From positions 1,504,001-1,568,000 of the forward strand of contig OY970067.1 of assembly GCA_963705305.1 (NCBI GenBank): a stretch of DNA of 64,000 nt, written 5' to 3'. The translations under genes and the position numbers were made by a program. The stretch is from an uncultured Methylomirabilota bacterium. Its GTDB lineage: Bacteria; Methylomirabilota; Methylomirabilia; Methylomirabilales; 2-02-FULL-66-22. Below the pieces are notes generated by a model. It ran no database searches and was not told where the DNA came from. It saw only the letters and a program-made list of their open reading frames with translations. Position 1 is the stretch's first letter. Each line of letters starts with the position of its first letter. Positions 9,301-19,765 of the stretch are shown in pieces.

Positions 9301-10704
9301 ATGGCGTCCACGATCCTGGAGTCGGAGTTCTACGGCGATGGCTGGAGCACCCCGGAGATGCGCGCGGTCTTCGACGATCGGCGTCGCTACCAGCGCTGGC
9401 TGGACATCGAGGCGGCCCTGGCCCGCGTTCAGGGCGACCTGGGTGTGATCCCTGCCGAGGCGGCCCGGGAAATCGCGCGCCAGGCCAGGCTGGAGAACAT
9501 CGATCTCGACCGGCTCAAGGCCGAGCTCCGGCAGACGCAGCATTCCCTGGTCCCCCTGCTGCGCGGGCTGCAACGCGCCTGCGCCGGCGGCCTGGGCGAA
9601 TACGTCCACTACGGCCCCACGACCCAGGATATCGAGGATACCGGCGCCGTGCTCGAGCTCCGGGACGCGCTGGGGATCCTCCTGCGGGACCTGCGCGCCA
9701 TCGAGGCTGCGCTGATGGAGCTGAGCCTCCGGCACCGCGACACGACGATGTGCGGCCGGACCCACGGCCAGCAGGCCCTGCCCATCACCCTGGGGTTGAA
9801 GTTCGCGGTGTGGGTCAGCGAGATTCGGCGCCACATCGAACGCTTCAAAGAGATGAAGCCGCGCCTGTTCGTGGGGATGCTTCACGGCGGGGCCGGGTCG
9901 ATGGCTGGTCTGGGGCCGAGGGCCATGGAGACCATTGCGGGGCTGATGCGGGCATTGGACCTGGGTGTGCCCGACGTGGGGTGGGGCAACGCCCGAGACA
10001 ACCTGGCGGAGTATGCCACCCACGTGGCCATGGCCGCCGGGACCATCGGGAAGCTGGTCAACGAAATCTTCGAGCTGGGTCGAACCGAGATCGGAGAGTT
10101 CGCCGAGGCGCTGCCCGAGGGCTACGTGGGCAGCAGCACCATGCCGCACAAACGCAACCCGGAAATCTGCGAGCAGGTGGTGATGCTGTCCCGCGTCATT
10201 CGCGCCCATGCCCTGGTGGCCATGGAGGCCATCCAGGCTGCCAATGAGCGGGACAGCCGCAGCTGGCGCACGGACTGGTGGTCCCTGCCGGAGTGCTCCA
10301 TGCTGTTCGCGGCCATGCTGGCCATGACCAAGCGGCTGGTCATGACGATGGAGATCCATGAGGACAGGCTTGCCGCCAACCTGGACCGGCTCCGCGGACT
10401 GCTCTTGTCCGAGGGGCTCATGTTCCAGCTCGGCGAGAAGATCGGAAAGCAGACGGCGCATCACGTCATCGGCAAGGCGTGCCTGGAGGCGCACCGGAGT
10501 GGCCGGTCTCTTCGCGAGGTCCTCCAGACCCTGCCGGAGGCGTCGGCGCATCTTTCTCCCCAAGAGATTGACGGGCTGCTGGACTACCGGAAGCACATCG
10601 GGTTCGCCCGGGAGCTGGTGGATCAGGTCTGTCGGACGTTGGCGGCCGCTCGGAAAACCGACGGGGCGATTCTGAGATACTGCGGGCAAGCTGCGGAGGG
10701 CTGA
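9301..10704 (+). CDS. adenylosuccinate-lyase-like enzyme (fumarase/aspartase superfamily)
   Basis: HYGPTTQDI, GRTHGQ, signature GSSTMPHKRNP; RBS GGAGG before 9301. Confidence 0.9.
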   Translation: MASTILESEFYGDGWSTPEMRAVFDDRRRYQRWLDIEAALARVQGDLGVIPAEAAREIARQARLENIDLDRLKAELRQTQHSLVPLLRGLQRACAGGLGEYVHYGPTTQDIEDTGAVLELRDALGILLRDLRAIEAALMELSLRHRDTTMCGRTHGQQALPITLGLKFAVWVSEIRRHIERFKEMKPRLFVGMLHGGAGSMAGLGPRAMETIAGLMRALDLGVPDVGWGNARDNLAEYATHVAMAAGTIGKLVNEIFELGRTEIGEFAEALPEGYVGSSTMPHKRNPEICEQVVMLSRVIRAHALVAMEAIQAANERDSRSWRTDWWSLPECSMLFAAMLAMTKRLVMTMEIHEDRLAANLDRLRGLLLSEGLMFQLGEKIGKQTAHHVIGKACLEAHRSGRSLREVLQTLPEASAHLSPQEIDGLLDYRKHIGFARELVDQVCRTLAAARKTDGAILRYCGQAAEG

Positions 10705-12144
10705 ATGGCGGCGGCGGGCAACGCATCCGATGGCGGTCCACACCGCTCCCTGACGAGGACGCTGGCCGAGTTCGCGGCCGCGCTCCGGCTGTCTGATCTC
10801 GATCCGGCCGTGGCGGACGCGGCGCGGCAGGCCGTGTTGGATTGCGTCGGATGCGGTGTGGCGGGGGGGGCGGACCCTGCGGTGAGCCGCCTGCAGGCGA
10901 CCCTGCTCAAGTCGGGAGAGGTCGGGATGTTGCCCGTCTTCGGCGGCGCCGCGAGGTTTGCGCCCCGGGCCGCGGCGCTCGTGAATGGAAGTCTGGCCCA
11001 CGCACTGGAGATGGACGACACGCACTCCTTTTCCAGCGTACACGCCGGAGGTCCCATCGTGGCCGCCGTGCTGGCCGCCGGCTACAGCGGGGTAATCCCG
11101 GGTGCGCGACTCCTGGAGGGGGTGGTGACGGGCTACGAGATCGCCTGCCGCCTGGGGATGGCCATCCGGGGTGCCACCCCTTACCATCGGGGCTTTCATC
11201 CCACAGGCATATGTGGTGTGTTCGGAGCCGCCTCGGCCTGCGCCAAGATCCTGGATTTGGACCCTGGCGGGTTCCAGAGCGCCTGGGGAATCGCCGGGAG
11301 CATGGCGGGCGGCCTTATGAGCTATCTGCAGAACGGGGCTTGGACCAAGAAGTTGCAGCCGGGCTGGGCGGCGCAATCCGGCCTGCTGGCGGCAGTTCTG
11401 GCCACGGAAGGCTATCTGGGGCCGGATGACATCTTCACCGGTCGGTTCAATTTCTGCCGGGCCTATGCTGACGCCTGGGATCCGGCGATCTTCGTGCAGG
11501 AACTGGGATCGCGCTTCGAGATCTGCCGAATGTCCTTCAAGCGGTTTGCCTGTTGCCGAACCATCCACGGGCCAATCACGGCGGCGCTGAAGATCCGGCA
11601 GCAGCCCGGATTCGATGCGGCGTGCGTGGAGCAGGTAGAAGCGCGCATCCCCGACGAGGACCTCGATCTGGTGGTGGAGCCCATCGAGGCGAAGGTCCAC
11701 CCTCGCACGATCGTGGAGGCCCAGTTCAGCATGCCGTTCGGTATTGCCCTGGCCCTGGTGCGCGGAGATGCCATGCCGGGCGACTATCGCGAGGAGAGCC
11801 TGCGGGACCCTTCGATTCAGAGGATTGCGGCGGCATTCCGGTATGTGGTCGATGGGGCCTACACGCGGCGGCGGCCGCGGGAGTTCCCGTGCTGCCTCCG
11901 GGTCCGCGCGGGCGGAAGATGGTACGCGGCCGAGGTGGATGCCCCCCTGGGCGACTGTACCAACCCCCTTTCCGCGGTGGAGCTCCTGGGGAAGTTCGAC
12001 GCTCTGACCCGTCCCGTGCTGGGACCGGCCCCCTCCGAGGCCTTGCGGGCAGCTGTCCAGCGCCTCGGAACAGGTGGATCGGCCGACCGGGCCAATCGCA
12101 TCCTCGATCTCGCGGCGCTGCCAGCAGACGGGCGCCCGTCTTGA
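10705..12144 (+). CDS. MmgE/PrpD family protein
   Basis: AHALEMDDTH..VHAG, GFHPT, KRFACCRTIH, AQFSMPF. Confidence 0.92.
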   Translation: MAAAGNASDGGPHRSLTRTLAEFAAALRLSDLDPAVADAARQAVLDCVGCGVAGGADPAVSRLQATLLKSGEVGMLPVFGGAARFAPRAAALVNGSLAHALEMDDTHSFSSVHAGGPIVAAVLAAGYSGVIPGARLLEGVVTGYEIACRLGMAIRGATPYHRGFHPTGICGVFGAASACAKILDLDPGGFQSAWGIAGSMAGGLMSYLQNGAWTKKLQPGWAAQSGLLAAVLATEGYLGPDDIFTGRFNFCRAYADAWDPAIFVQELGSRFEICRMSFKRFACCRTIHGPITAALKIRQQPGFDAACVEQVEARIPDEDLDLVVEPIEAKVHPRTIVEAQFSMPFGIALALVRGDAMPGDYREESLRDPSIQRIAAAFRYVVDGAYTRRRPREFPCCLRVRAGGRWYAAEVDAPLGDCTNPLSAVELLGKFDALTRPVLGPAPSEALRAAVQRLGTGGSADRANRILDLAALPADGRPS

Positions 12145-12259
12145 CCTGCCGATGCCGGGATCGCATTGTCCTCCCCGGCGGCGAGTGCTGGACAGGATCT
12201 CGAAGATCCTGCGATATGGAAGGTCTTCTGCCGGGATGCAGGGGAGGAAAGGAGAAGGA

Positions 12260-13861
12260 ATGATGCGAAGGACTTTCGCGGGGATCGCCATCGGCGCGAT
12301 CGTGGTTCTTGTCGGCCTGCTTCCCCAGCTCGGGAACGCCCAGGAGCTGGCCAAGGAGCAGCATATCCGAATCGCCATTCCTGTGGCCGACATTCGCAGT
12401 TTGGACCCGGCCTACGCCACGCTCACCGGCGAGAGCGAGATTGTCGGTGAGATCACCAATGGCCTACTTCGGTTTCCCCACGGCAAGCTCAACGTGGAGA
12501 AAATCGAGGGTGACCTGGCCGAGCGGTGGGAGGTCTCACCCGACGGCCTGACCTGGACCTTTCACCTGCACAAGGGGGTGAGGTGGCACAAGGGCTTCGG
12601 GGAAGTCTCGGCCGAAGACGTGAAGTTCACCTTCGATCGAATCATGGATCCCAAGAGCGGATCGCCCTGGATCAAGAAGTACGCCAACGTCCGGGCCGTA
12701 GAAGTCGTGGACCCGCTTACAGTGCGCATCCGGCTCAAAAAAGCCGACCCGTTCTTCGCCCTGGACGTCATCGGCTATCATGGCGGCCAGATCGTTTGCA
12801 AGAAGGCGGTGGAGAAGTTCGGCAAGGACATCGCCTTCAATCCCATCGGCACGGGACCGTTCGTGTTCGAGTCCTACACCGCGGGACAGGGAGTCATCCT
12901 CAAGCGAAATCCCACATACTTCCGCGGCGCTCCCATCCTGGAGACCGTGGAGTACCTCTTCATGCCAGACGACAATAGCGTCATGCTGGCCCTGCAGAAG
13001 GGGGAGATCGATCTGGGGGCGGGCGTGCGCCGGAAGGAGTGGGCCGAGCGGGCAGCCAAGCTGGGTCTGGTGCTCATGCCCCCCAACCCGCCGCAGCAGA
13101 GCATCCTTGTGTTCAACATGACGCGGAAGCCGCTGAACGATCTCCGGGTCCGGCAGGCTTTGGCCTACGCCCTGGACAGGAACGTCTTTGTCGACCTCGT
13201 GGGCCCGGTGCTGGGTGGACCCCAGATCGGTCCCATCCCCCCCGGCTACTTCGGGTACACCGAGGAGGGGATGGACCCCTACAATTACAATCCGGAAAAG
13301 GCCAAGAAGCTTTTGGCGGAGGCCGGATATCCCAATGGATTCGACCTGGGGGACGTGAACGTCGCCAGATCCTGGGACTACCTGGAGCCCATGAAGATCG
13401 TCCAGGAGCAGTGGCGTAAGATCGGAGTGACGTTCAATCTCAAGGTGGTGGACCACCCGACCTATCACAAGCTCATCCGCGAGGATGTCAACCCCGTGGT
13501 CATCTACGGCGGCGTGCGTCTGCCCGTGGCCAGCTCACTGTTGACCGAGTTCTACAGCAAGGATGCCATCGTGGGGAAGCCGACGGCGATCACCAATTTC
13601 TCGCACTACGGGGAAGTGATCCCGGGCATCGACGAATACCTGCAGAAGGCGGCAGCGACGACGAATCTGGCGGAGAGAAAGAAGTTCTTCATGTTGGCCG
13701 AGCAGAAGATCAACAAGGACCTGCCCGCCTATCCCCTGTTCCTCAACCGGGTGGCCATGACGCGCCAGAAGTGGGTGGACCTGGGGTATGACACCAATCC
13801 GTACGAGACCCTGTACTACGTCATCGAGGTGACCGAGAAGACGAAGCTCCTGAAACATTGA
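12260..13861 (+). CDS. ABC transporter substrate-binding protein, family 5 (peptide/nickel type)
   Basis: Signal peptide; LAERWEVSPDGLTWTFHL, GTGPF, RVRQALAYALDR. Confidence 0.93.
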   Translation: MMRRTFAGIAIGAIVVLVGLLPQLGNAQELAKEQHIRIAIPVADIRSLDPAYATLTGESEIVGEITNGLLRFPHGKLNVEKIEGDLAERWEVSPDGLTWTFHLHKGVRWHKGFGEVSAEDVKFTFDRIMDPKSGSPWIKKYANVRAVEVVDPLTVRIRLKKADPFFALDVIGYHGGQIVCKKAVEKFGKDIAFNPIGTGPFVFESYTAGQGVILKRNPTYFRGAPILETVEYLFMPDDNSVMLALQKGEIDLGAGVRRKEWAERAAKLGLVLMPPNPPQQSILVFNMTRKPLNDLRVRQALAYALDRNVFVDLVGPVLGGPQIGPIPPGYFGYTEEGMDPYNYNPEKAKKLLAEAGYPNGFDLGDVNVARSWDYLEPMKIVQEQWRKIGVTFNLKVVDHPTYHKLIREDVNPVVIYGGVRLPVASSLLTEFYSKDAIVGKPTAITNFSHYGEVIPGIDEYLQKAAATTNLAERKKFFMLAEQKINKDLPAYPLFLNRVAMTRQKWVDLGYDTNPYETLYYVIEVTEKTKLLKH

Positions 13862-13876
13862 GCGGCACCGTGTGGC

Positions 13877-13908
13877 GGTGGGAGCCTCCCGGGCGGGAAG
13901 CTCCCACC
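13877..13908 (+). other. intercistronic hairpin after the SBP gene
   Basis: GGTGGGAGCCTCCCG / CGGGAAGCTCCCACC near-perfect stem, no U tract. Confidence 0.5.
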
Positions 13909-13983
13909 CACCGCACCGGACACACTTCTTGCTCGGAGGGCGAGGCGGTTGGCTATCCTTCCGGGTAATGCTGGAGATATGTC

Positions 13984-14925
13984 GTGCTGAGGTTTGCACT
14001 GCGCCGAATCCTCTGGACGCTCCCCCAGATCCTCTTCGTCTTCACCATCGTGTTCTTCGTCATGCGGGTGGTGGCCGGCGATCCGGCCCAAGTGATCCTT
14101 GGTGAATACGCCAACGCGGAGGCGCTGCGGAATCTGCGGGAGTCGCTGGGGCTGAACGAGCCGCTCCTGGTCCAGTATGGCACGTCGCTGTTCAGCCTGC
14201 TGCATGGAGACTTCGGGCGGTCAATGATCAACAATCGGCCCATCGCTCCGGAAATCCTCGAGGTCCTGCCGTACACCATCGAGCTGACACTCGCCGCCAT
14301 CATCATCGGGGTCGTGGTCGGCCTTCCCCTCGGCATCGTGTCCGCGCTCCGGCGCAACACCATGGCGGACTACCTCCTCCGCGTCTTCTCGCTCACCGGG
14401 CTCTCGATGCCCGCGTTTTATCTCGGCGTCGTGCTTCTGATCCTATTCGCCGTGAAGCTCGGCTTCTTTCCCATCATCGGGTTCCGCGAAGGGAGCGGCC
14501 TGTTGGAGCAGATGTACTACCTTGTCCTGCCGGCATTGAGCCTAGGCCTGACCATGGCCGCCTTCACGACCCGGATGAGCCGGTCGAGCATGCTGGAGCG
14601 CCTGGGCGCCGACTACGTCCGCACGGCGCGGGCCAAGGGGCTTCCCGAGTATAAGGTCATCTTCAAGCACGCCCTCAAGGACTCCCTGATTCCGATCGTC
14701 ACGGTCATCGGCGTCTACGTGGGAGTCCTGATGGGCGGGTCCATCCTGACCGAGATGGTCTTCAACCGGCCCGGCCTGGGGAAATTTCTGATCGGGGCCA
14801 TTCAGCAGCGGGACTACAACGCCATCCAGTCGGGGCTGGTGATCTACGCGGGGATCGTGGTGTTCGTCAACTTGGGGGTGGATCTCGTCTACGGCGTCAT
14901 CGACCCGCGCATCCGGTACGAGTAG
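13984..14925 (+). CDS. ABC permease (DppB/OppB-like)
   Basis: DYVRTARAKGL, TEMVFNRPGLG, IDPRIRY. Confidence 0.93.
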   Translation: MLRFALRRILWTLPQILFVFTIVFFVMRVVAGDPAQVILGEYANAEALRNLRESLGLNEPLLVQYGTSLFSLLHGDFGRSMINNRPIAPEILEVLPYTIELTLAAIIIGVVVGLPLGIVSALRRNTMADYLLRVFSLTGLSMPAFYLGVVLLILFAVKLGFFPIIGFREGSGLLEQMYYLVLPALSLGLTMAAFTTRMSRSSMLERLGADYVRTARAKGLPEYKVIFKHALKDSLIPIVTVIGVYVGVLMGGSILTEMVFNRPGLGKFLIGAIQQRDYNAIQSGLVIYAGIVVFVNLGVDLVYGVIDPRIRYE

Positions 14926-14935
14926 AAGGGCGACC

Positions 14936-15778
14936 ATGGCCATTGCGAGGCAGAGAGCTCTCCTGTCGTTCCGGCGCAACAAGGTGGCGGTCTTCGGCCT
15001 TGTCCTGGTGGTCGTCCTGCTTGTCGTCGCCATCTTCGCCGGCCTGCTGTCCCCCTACGACGTGCGCGAGCAGAATGTCCGCCAGCGGTACTCCCCCGCA
15101 TCGGCCGCCCACTGGCTCGGCACGGACGAGCTGGGCCGGGACGTTCTCTCCCGGATCCTCCTCGGGTCCAGGGTCTCGCTCTTCGTGGGGCTGAGTTCGG
15201 TGGCGGCGGCCATGGTCCTCGGGCTGTGGCTCGGGGTGCTCGCCGGTTATAGAGGCGGGCGGTCGGACCGGATGATCACCTGGATCGTCGACAGCCTCAT
15301 GGCGTTCCCGTCCCTGCTGCTGGGCCTCCTGGTGGTCAGCGCCATCGGACCCGGACTGCGGAACACCATCATCGCCATCGCGCTGGCGTTCGTTCCCCGC
15401 TTTGCGCGGGTCGCGCGAGGACAGACGATCGTTCTCCGCGAGTACGAGTTCATCCTGGCCGAAAAGGCTGCCGGCGCCTCGGACACGCGCATCATCCTCC
15501 GCCATATCCTGCCGAACCTTGTCGGCGAGATCGTGGTCATGGGCAGCCTCTGGATCTCCACGGCGATCATCATCGAGTCCAGCCTGAGCTTCCTGGGCCT
15601 GGGCGTGCAGCCGCCCACGCCTTCCTGGGGGATGATGATCAAGTCCGGAGTGGACGAGATCCTCATCGCTCCCTGGTTGGCGGTGTATCCGGGCGTGGCC
15701 ATCTCCCTCGCCGTCCTGGCCTTTAATTTGGTCGGGGACGGCATGCGCGACGTGCTGGATCCGAAGCTCCTGCGCTAG
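14936..15778 (+). CDS. ABC permease (DppC/OppC-like)
   Basis: HWLGTDELGRD, RHILPN, LSFLGLG, GDGMRDVLDP. Confidence 0.93.
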   Translation: MAIARQRALLSFRRNKVAVFGLVLVVVLLVVAIFAGLLSPYDVREQNVRQRYSPASAAHWLGTDELGRDVLSRILLGSRVSLFVGLSSVAAAMVLGLWLGVLAGYRGGRSDRMITWIVDSLMAFPSLLLGLLVVSAIGPGLRNTIIAIALAFVPRFARVARGQTIVLREYEFILAEKAAGASDTRIILRHILPNLVGEIVVMGSLWISTAIIIESSLSFLGLGVQPPTPSWGMMIKSGVDEILIAPWLAVYPGVAISLAVLAFNLVGDGMRDVLDPKLLR

Positions 15779-15824
15779 GGGCTTATTCCCTGTAATCACG
15801 GCGGACATCCGCAGGACAGCTCCG

Positions 15825-17000
15825 ATGGACTATCCGTTCGACACGGTCGTCAATCGCCGGAACACCGACTGCATAAAGTGGGACGATATCCAGCGCCGCT
15901 ACAGGGTCAGCGGGGAGGATCTGCTGCCGTTCTGGGTGGCCGACATGGAGTTCCGGCCGCCCGAGGCCGTGGTGGAGGCCATGGTCCGCCGCGCCCGGCA
16001 CGGCATCTGCGGGTATCCGGCGGGCCTGGACGGCTACCATGCCGCCATCCGCGGCTGGCTGCTCCGCCGCCACGGCTGGGAGATTCAGGAGGACTGGATT
16101 CTCTCCACGCCCGGGGTGGTCTCGGCCGTCAATCTGCTGATTCGAACCCTCACCACGCCCGGGGACGGCGTCGTCCTGCAGCCGCCCGTGTACTACCCGT
16201 TCTTCCGCGGGGTGGAGGAGAATGGCTGCCGGCTGGTGGAGAACCCGCTCCGCTTCGACGGCCGGCGCTACCGCATGGACTTCGACGATCTGCGGGCCAA
16301 ACTGCGCCAGGCCAAGCTGCTCATCCTGTGCAGCCCCCACAATCCGGTGGGACGGGTGTGGACGTTGGAGGAGATCATGACGCTGGCCTGCCTGTGCCTG
16401 GAATCGGGGGTCCTGGTCATCTCCGACGAGATTCACTTCGACCTGGTCTTCTCCGGCCACGCCCACACGGTGTTTGCCTCGCTGTCGGAGGAGCTGGCCC
16501 AGCGCTCGGTGGTGTGCACCTCGCCCAGCAAGAGCTTCAACCTGCCCGGCCTGCATCCCGGGATGGTCTTCATCCCCAACCCGCAGCTCCGCGGCGAGTT
16601 CCAGCACACGCTGCGGGCCTGCGGCTTGCCGGGCCCCAATGTCTTTTCCCTGGAGGCGGTCAAGGCCGCCTACGACCACGGGGAGCCGTGGCTGAAGGAG
16701 CTGCTAACGTACCTGGAGCAGAACGCCGCCGTCCTGGAGCGCGCTGTGGCGGAGGAAATGCCGCGTCTTCACCTGGTGCGGCCCGAGGGCACCTACCTGG
16801 CCTGGCTGGATTGCCGGGAGCTGGGCATGGATCCCCCCAGCCTGGAGCGATGGCTCCTCGAGGAGGTCCGGCTGGTCCTGAATCAGGGCTACACGTTCGG
16901 TTCGGGGGGAGAGGGCTTCGTCCGGATCAACTTCGCCTGCCCGCGGGCCATGCTGGAGGAAGGGCTGGCCCGCCTGGCCCGCGCCGTCCGGGCCCTCTAG
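15825..17000 (+). CDS. PatB/MalY family PLP-dependent C-S lyase
   Basis: WVADMEF, CSPHNPVGRVW, SDEIH, SPSKSFNLPG, EGTYLAWLD. Confidence 0.92.
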   Translation: MDYPFDTVVNRRNTDCIKWDDIQRRYRVSGEDLLPFWVADMEFRPPEAVVEAMVRRARHGICGYPAGLDGYHAAIRGWLLRRHGWEIQEDWILSTPGVVSAVNLLIRTLTTPGDGVVLQPPVYYPFFRGVEENGCRLVENPLRFDGRRYRMDFDDLRAKLRQAKLLILCSPHNPVGRVWTLEEIMTLACLCLESGVLVISDEIHFDLVFSGHAHTVFASLSEELAQRSVVCTSPSKSFNLPGLHPGMVFIPNPQLRGEFQHTLRACGLPGPNVFSLEAVKAAYDHGEPWLKELLTYLEQNAAVLERAVAEEMPRLHLVRPEGTYLAWLDCRELGMDPPSLERWLLEEVRLVLNQGYTFGSGGEGFVRINFACPRAMLEEGLARLARAVRAL

Positions 17001-17196
17001 CAGGCTCCTGAAAAAGGCCCATCTGCCGGGTACCCATCCCGAGGGATGGGTGACGCCGCCTTGCCGTTCGACAGGCCCTTCGACAAGCTCAGGGCGGTGA
17101 GCACAGTCGAACCGCTCACGGTCCCGAGAGAAGTCGAGGGACATCTGGACCTTTTTGAGCAGCCTGGGAGGAACGGGTTTCTCGGCAGCCTGCTAG
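16997..17196. mobile_element. ~200 bp MITE-like non-autonomous element flanked by CTAG
   Basis: Ends CTAGCAGGCT... / ...AGCCTGCTAG; the left end also pairs with an inner copy CATCTGGACCTTTTTGAGCAGCCTG; internal hairpins. Confidence 0.75.
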
Positions 17197-17202
17197 GGGC
17201 CG

Positions 17203-18094
17203 CTACGGCTTCGCGCTCCAAGTGACGAAGGTATCCATCGACTTGATCGCCGCCCGGATGTCCGTGTAGACGGGCAAGCCGTGCCCTTCCAGGATGGGCT
17301 TGCTGCCCCGTCGCGCCAGGTCGAAGAACTGCCGCCCCTCGCCGGGATCCAGCCCTTCGATGTACAGGGCGATTACATCGCTTCCGGCATCCGCCTCGAA
17401 ATAGGCCAGGCGATCGGCGATCTTGACGTCATACTTGTTGCCGAAGCTGACGATGGTCCGGAACAGCCGCGCGTTGTGCAGCTTGTCGAGGGCGGTCACC
17501 GCGAACGCGCCGCTCTGGGTGAGCAGCACCGTGTTGCTGTGGCCCGAGGATTTCACCTCCAGCCGCTTCTCTTCGATGAACAGGGTGTTTAGGCCCGGCC
17601 GGTCCGCCGTGGGCGCCGTAAACACGCCCATGCAATTCGGGCCGATCACGCGGACGCCCGGCGGCAGCACATCCGCCAGCTCCCGGGCAAACTCCGGACA
17701 GGCGATGTTGGCCGGCATTCCCGAGTTCAGGAAGCCGCGAAGGTCCGGCCTCTGGGCCGGCGTTTAATAGCTCGACACCTCCTCCTGCATCCGTGCCATC
17801 ACGAATTGCACGAAGAGCGGGTCGTCCTGCTCGATCACCTTGACGCCGCCGACCCGCTGCTTGTGGGCGATTTGTGGCGAGACGACCTTGACTACGAGCT
17901 TCCGGCCGAGAGGGGCCAGGCGTGCGGCATTCACCTCGCGCGGGTCGTTGACAAAGACCCACCGGGGAACCTGAAGCCCCAGCTCCGCGAGCACCTGATA
18001 CACCTCGAACTCATACAGCGCCCGCCGCCCGTCCGCAGCCGCAGTCCTCAAGATCTCGTTGATTCGGCTCCAGGCCGTCGGCGGAGATGGGCAC
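17203..18094 (-). pseudogene. acetate/acyl-CoA ligase (ADP-forming) remnant
   Basis: ATP-grasp start (KVVSPQIAHKQRVGGV) ends in a stop; then RVIGPNCMG, SQ/TQSGA-type and SFGNKYDV pieces, then a short C-terminal tail; frameshift near 18068. Confidence 0.75.
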
Positions 18095-18408
18095 GGTCGC
18101 CTCCTGGGCACGAGGGCGGACGGCAAGCGGTCCGCACGGAGATTCCCCGGTGTGGGTTCTCCGCGGCTCGGAACAGATGCCGGAGGCCCCGGTCCTTGTT
18201 GCTTGGGCGGCGTCCGGCGATCTCGGAGAGCATGGCGCAATGCGTCGGATCGTGTCAAGGGGAGAGCCGCCCGCGGGCGGTTCGATCGCAAGCGGGGGGC
18301 CTGCGGCGGATGCACAGCGGGGTTGCGAGCCGGGGAGCGGTCAGCTAGACTACCGCCGGGGCGAGTCCCCCAGGCGCCGCCCGGATCGGGCGAGGAGGGA
18401 GCTGAGGC

Positions 18409-19530
18409 ATGGCCAAGTACATCGGGATCCTCACGGCGGGGGGCGACTGCCCCGGCTTGAATGCGGCCATCCGGGGGGTGGGAAAGGCGGCGATCGGGTT
18501 CTACGGTATGCAAGTCATCGGCTTCCGGGACGGCTTCCGGGGATTCATGGAGAATCGCACCATGGAGCTTGACAGCAACGTGCTGTCGGGAATCCTGACC
18601 CTGGGCGGCACTATCCTCGGCACCAGTCGGGACAAGCCGCACCGCATGCCCGTCGCCGGCGAGCTGCGCGACATGACCGGCGTCATGGCCGAGAACTACC
18701 GGAAGCACCACCTGGATGTCCTGGTCTGTCTGGGCGGGGGCGGCACCCAGAAGCACGCGCTGCGCCTGGCGCAGAAGGGAATGAATATCATCACCCTGCC
18801 CAAGACCATCGACAATGACGTGGCGCTGACCGACGTCACCTTCGGGTTCGACACGGCCCTCGGCGTCGCGACGGAAGCCATCGACCGCCTGCACAGTACG
18901 GCACACAGCCACCACCGCATCGTCCTCGTCGAGATCATGGGAAACAAGGTGGGCTGGCTGGCGCTGGGGGCGGGGATGGCCGGCGGCGCCGACGTGATCC
19001 TGATTCCGGAGATCCCGTACAACGTGGAAAGCGTGGCCGAGGCCATCCGCCTCCGCAGCCACAGCGGCAAGCGCTTCAGCATCGTGGCCGTGGCCGAGGG
19101 CGCCATCTCGCAACAGGATGCGAAGGCCCTGGAGGCCGCCCAGCATGCCGTCAAGCGGGCGACGTCCAAGGCCGCCAAGGGCAAGGCCGAGGCGGCGGTG
19201 AGCCAGCTCGAAACCCAGCAGGCCGGCCATACCTTCCGTCTGGCTAAGCAGCTGGAGCAGCTGACGGGCCTGGAGTCGCGGGTCACCATCCTCGGCTATC
19301 TCCAGCGAGGGGGGACGCCGTCGGCCGCGGATCGACTCCTCGCCACGCGATTGGGCACGGCGTGCGCCGACCTCATCAAGAAAGGCCATTATGGGGTGAT
19401 GGTGGCTGCGCGCGCCGACAGCGCGAAGCCCGTGCCGCTGGAGGACGTGGCGCGCAAGCTGAAGTTCGTTCCTCTCAATCATCCCTGGGTGGCGGCAGCG
19501 CGACGCGTGGGCACTTGCCTGGGCGATTAG
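18409..19530 (+). CDS. pfkA: 6-phosphofructokinase (group III type)
   Basis: [39 protein letters not shown]. Confidence 0.93.
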   Translation: MAKYIGILTAGGDCPGLNAAIRGVGKAAIGFYGMQVIGFRDGFRGFMENRTMELDSNVLSGILTLGGTILGTSRDKPHRMPVAGELRDMTGVMAENYRKHHLDVLVCLGGGGTQKHALRLAQKGMNIITLPKTIDNDVALTDVTFGFDTALGVATEAIDRLHSTAHSHHRIVLVEIMGNKVGWLALGAGMAGGADVILIPEIPYNVESVAEAIRLRSHSGKRFSIVAVAEGAISQQDAKALEAAQHAVKRATSKAAKGKAEAAVSQLETQQAGHTFRLAKQLEQLTGLESRVTILGYLQRGGTPSAADRLLATRLGTACADLIKKGHYGVMVAARADSAKPVPLEDVARKLKFVPLNHPWVAAARRVGTCLGD

Positions 19531-19765
19531 CCGGCCCGGCCCGGGCTTGCCGGGAGCCGTTCCTCGCGGCACTGCAGAATCGTGTTGACAGGCTCAGGTG
19601 TCCGGGAAGCCTGTCACCCGGATCGCCGTCGGGCTGCCGTGTCCGCCCGTGTCCGTTCCTGCCGTGCGCACTGGGCCGTGTGGGCCCTGGACCCTTGCCA
19701 GCTTGATACGCGACCCCGCACCCGTGGAGCCGGTCGGGGGAGCCTTCGCGACTGGAGGTCCCGTC

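Noticed and set aside
9130..12393. 1087-aa minus-strand ORF
   Set aside because: Antisense shadow of the lyase and PrpD genes; no motifs; expected in high-GC DNA.
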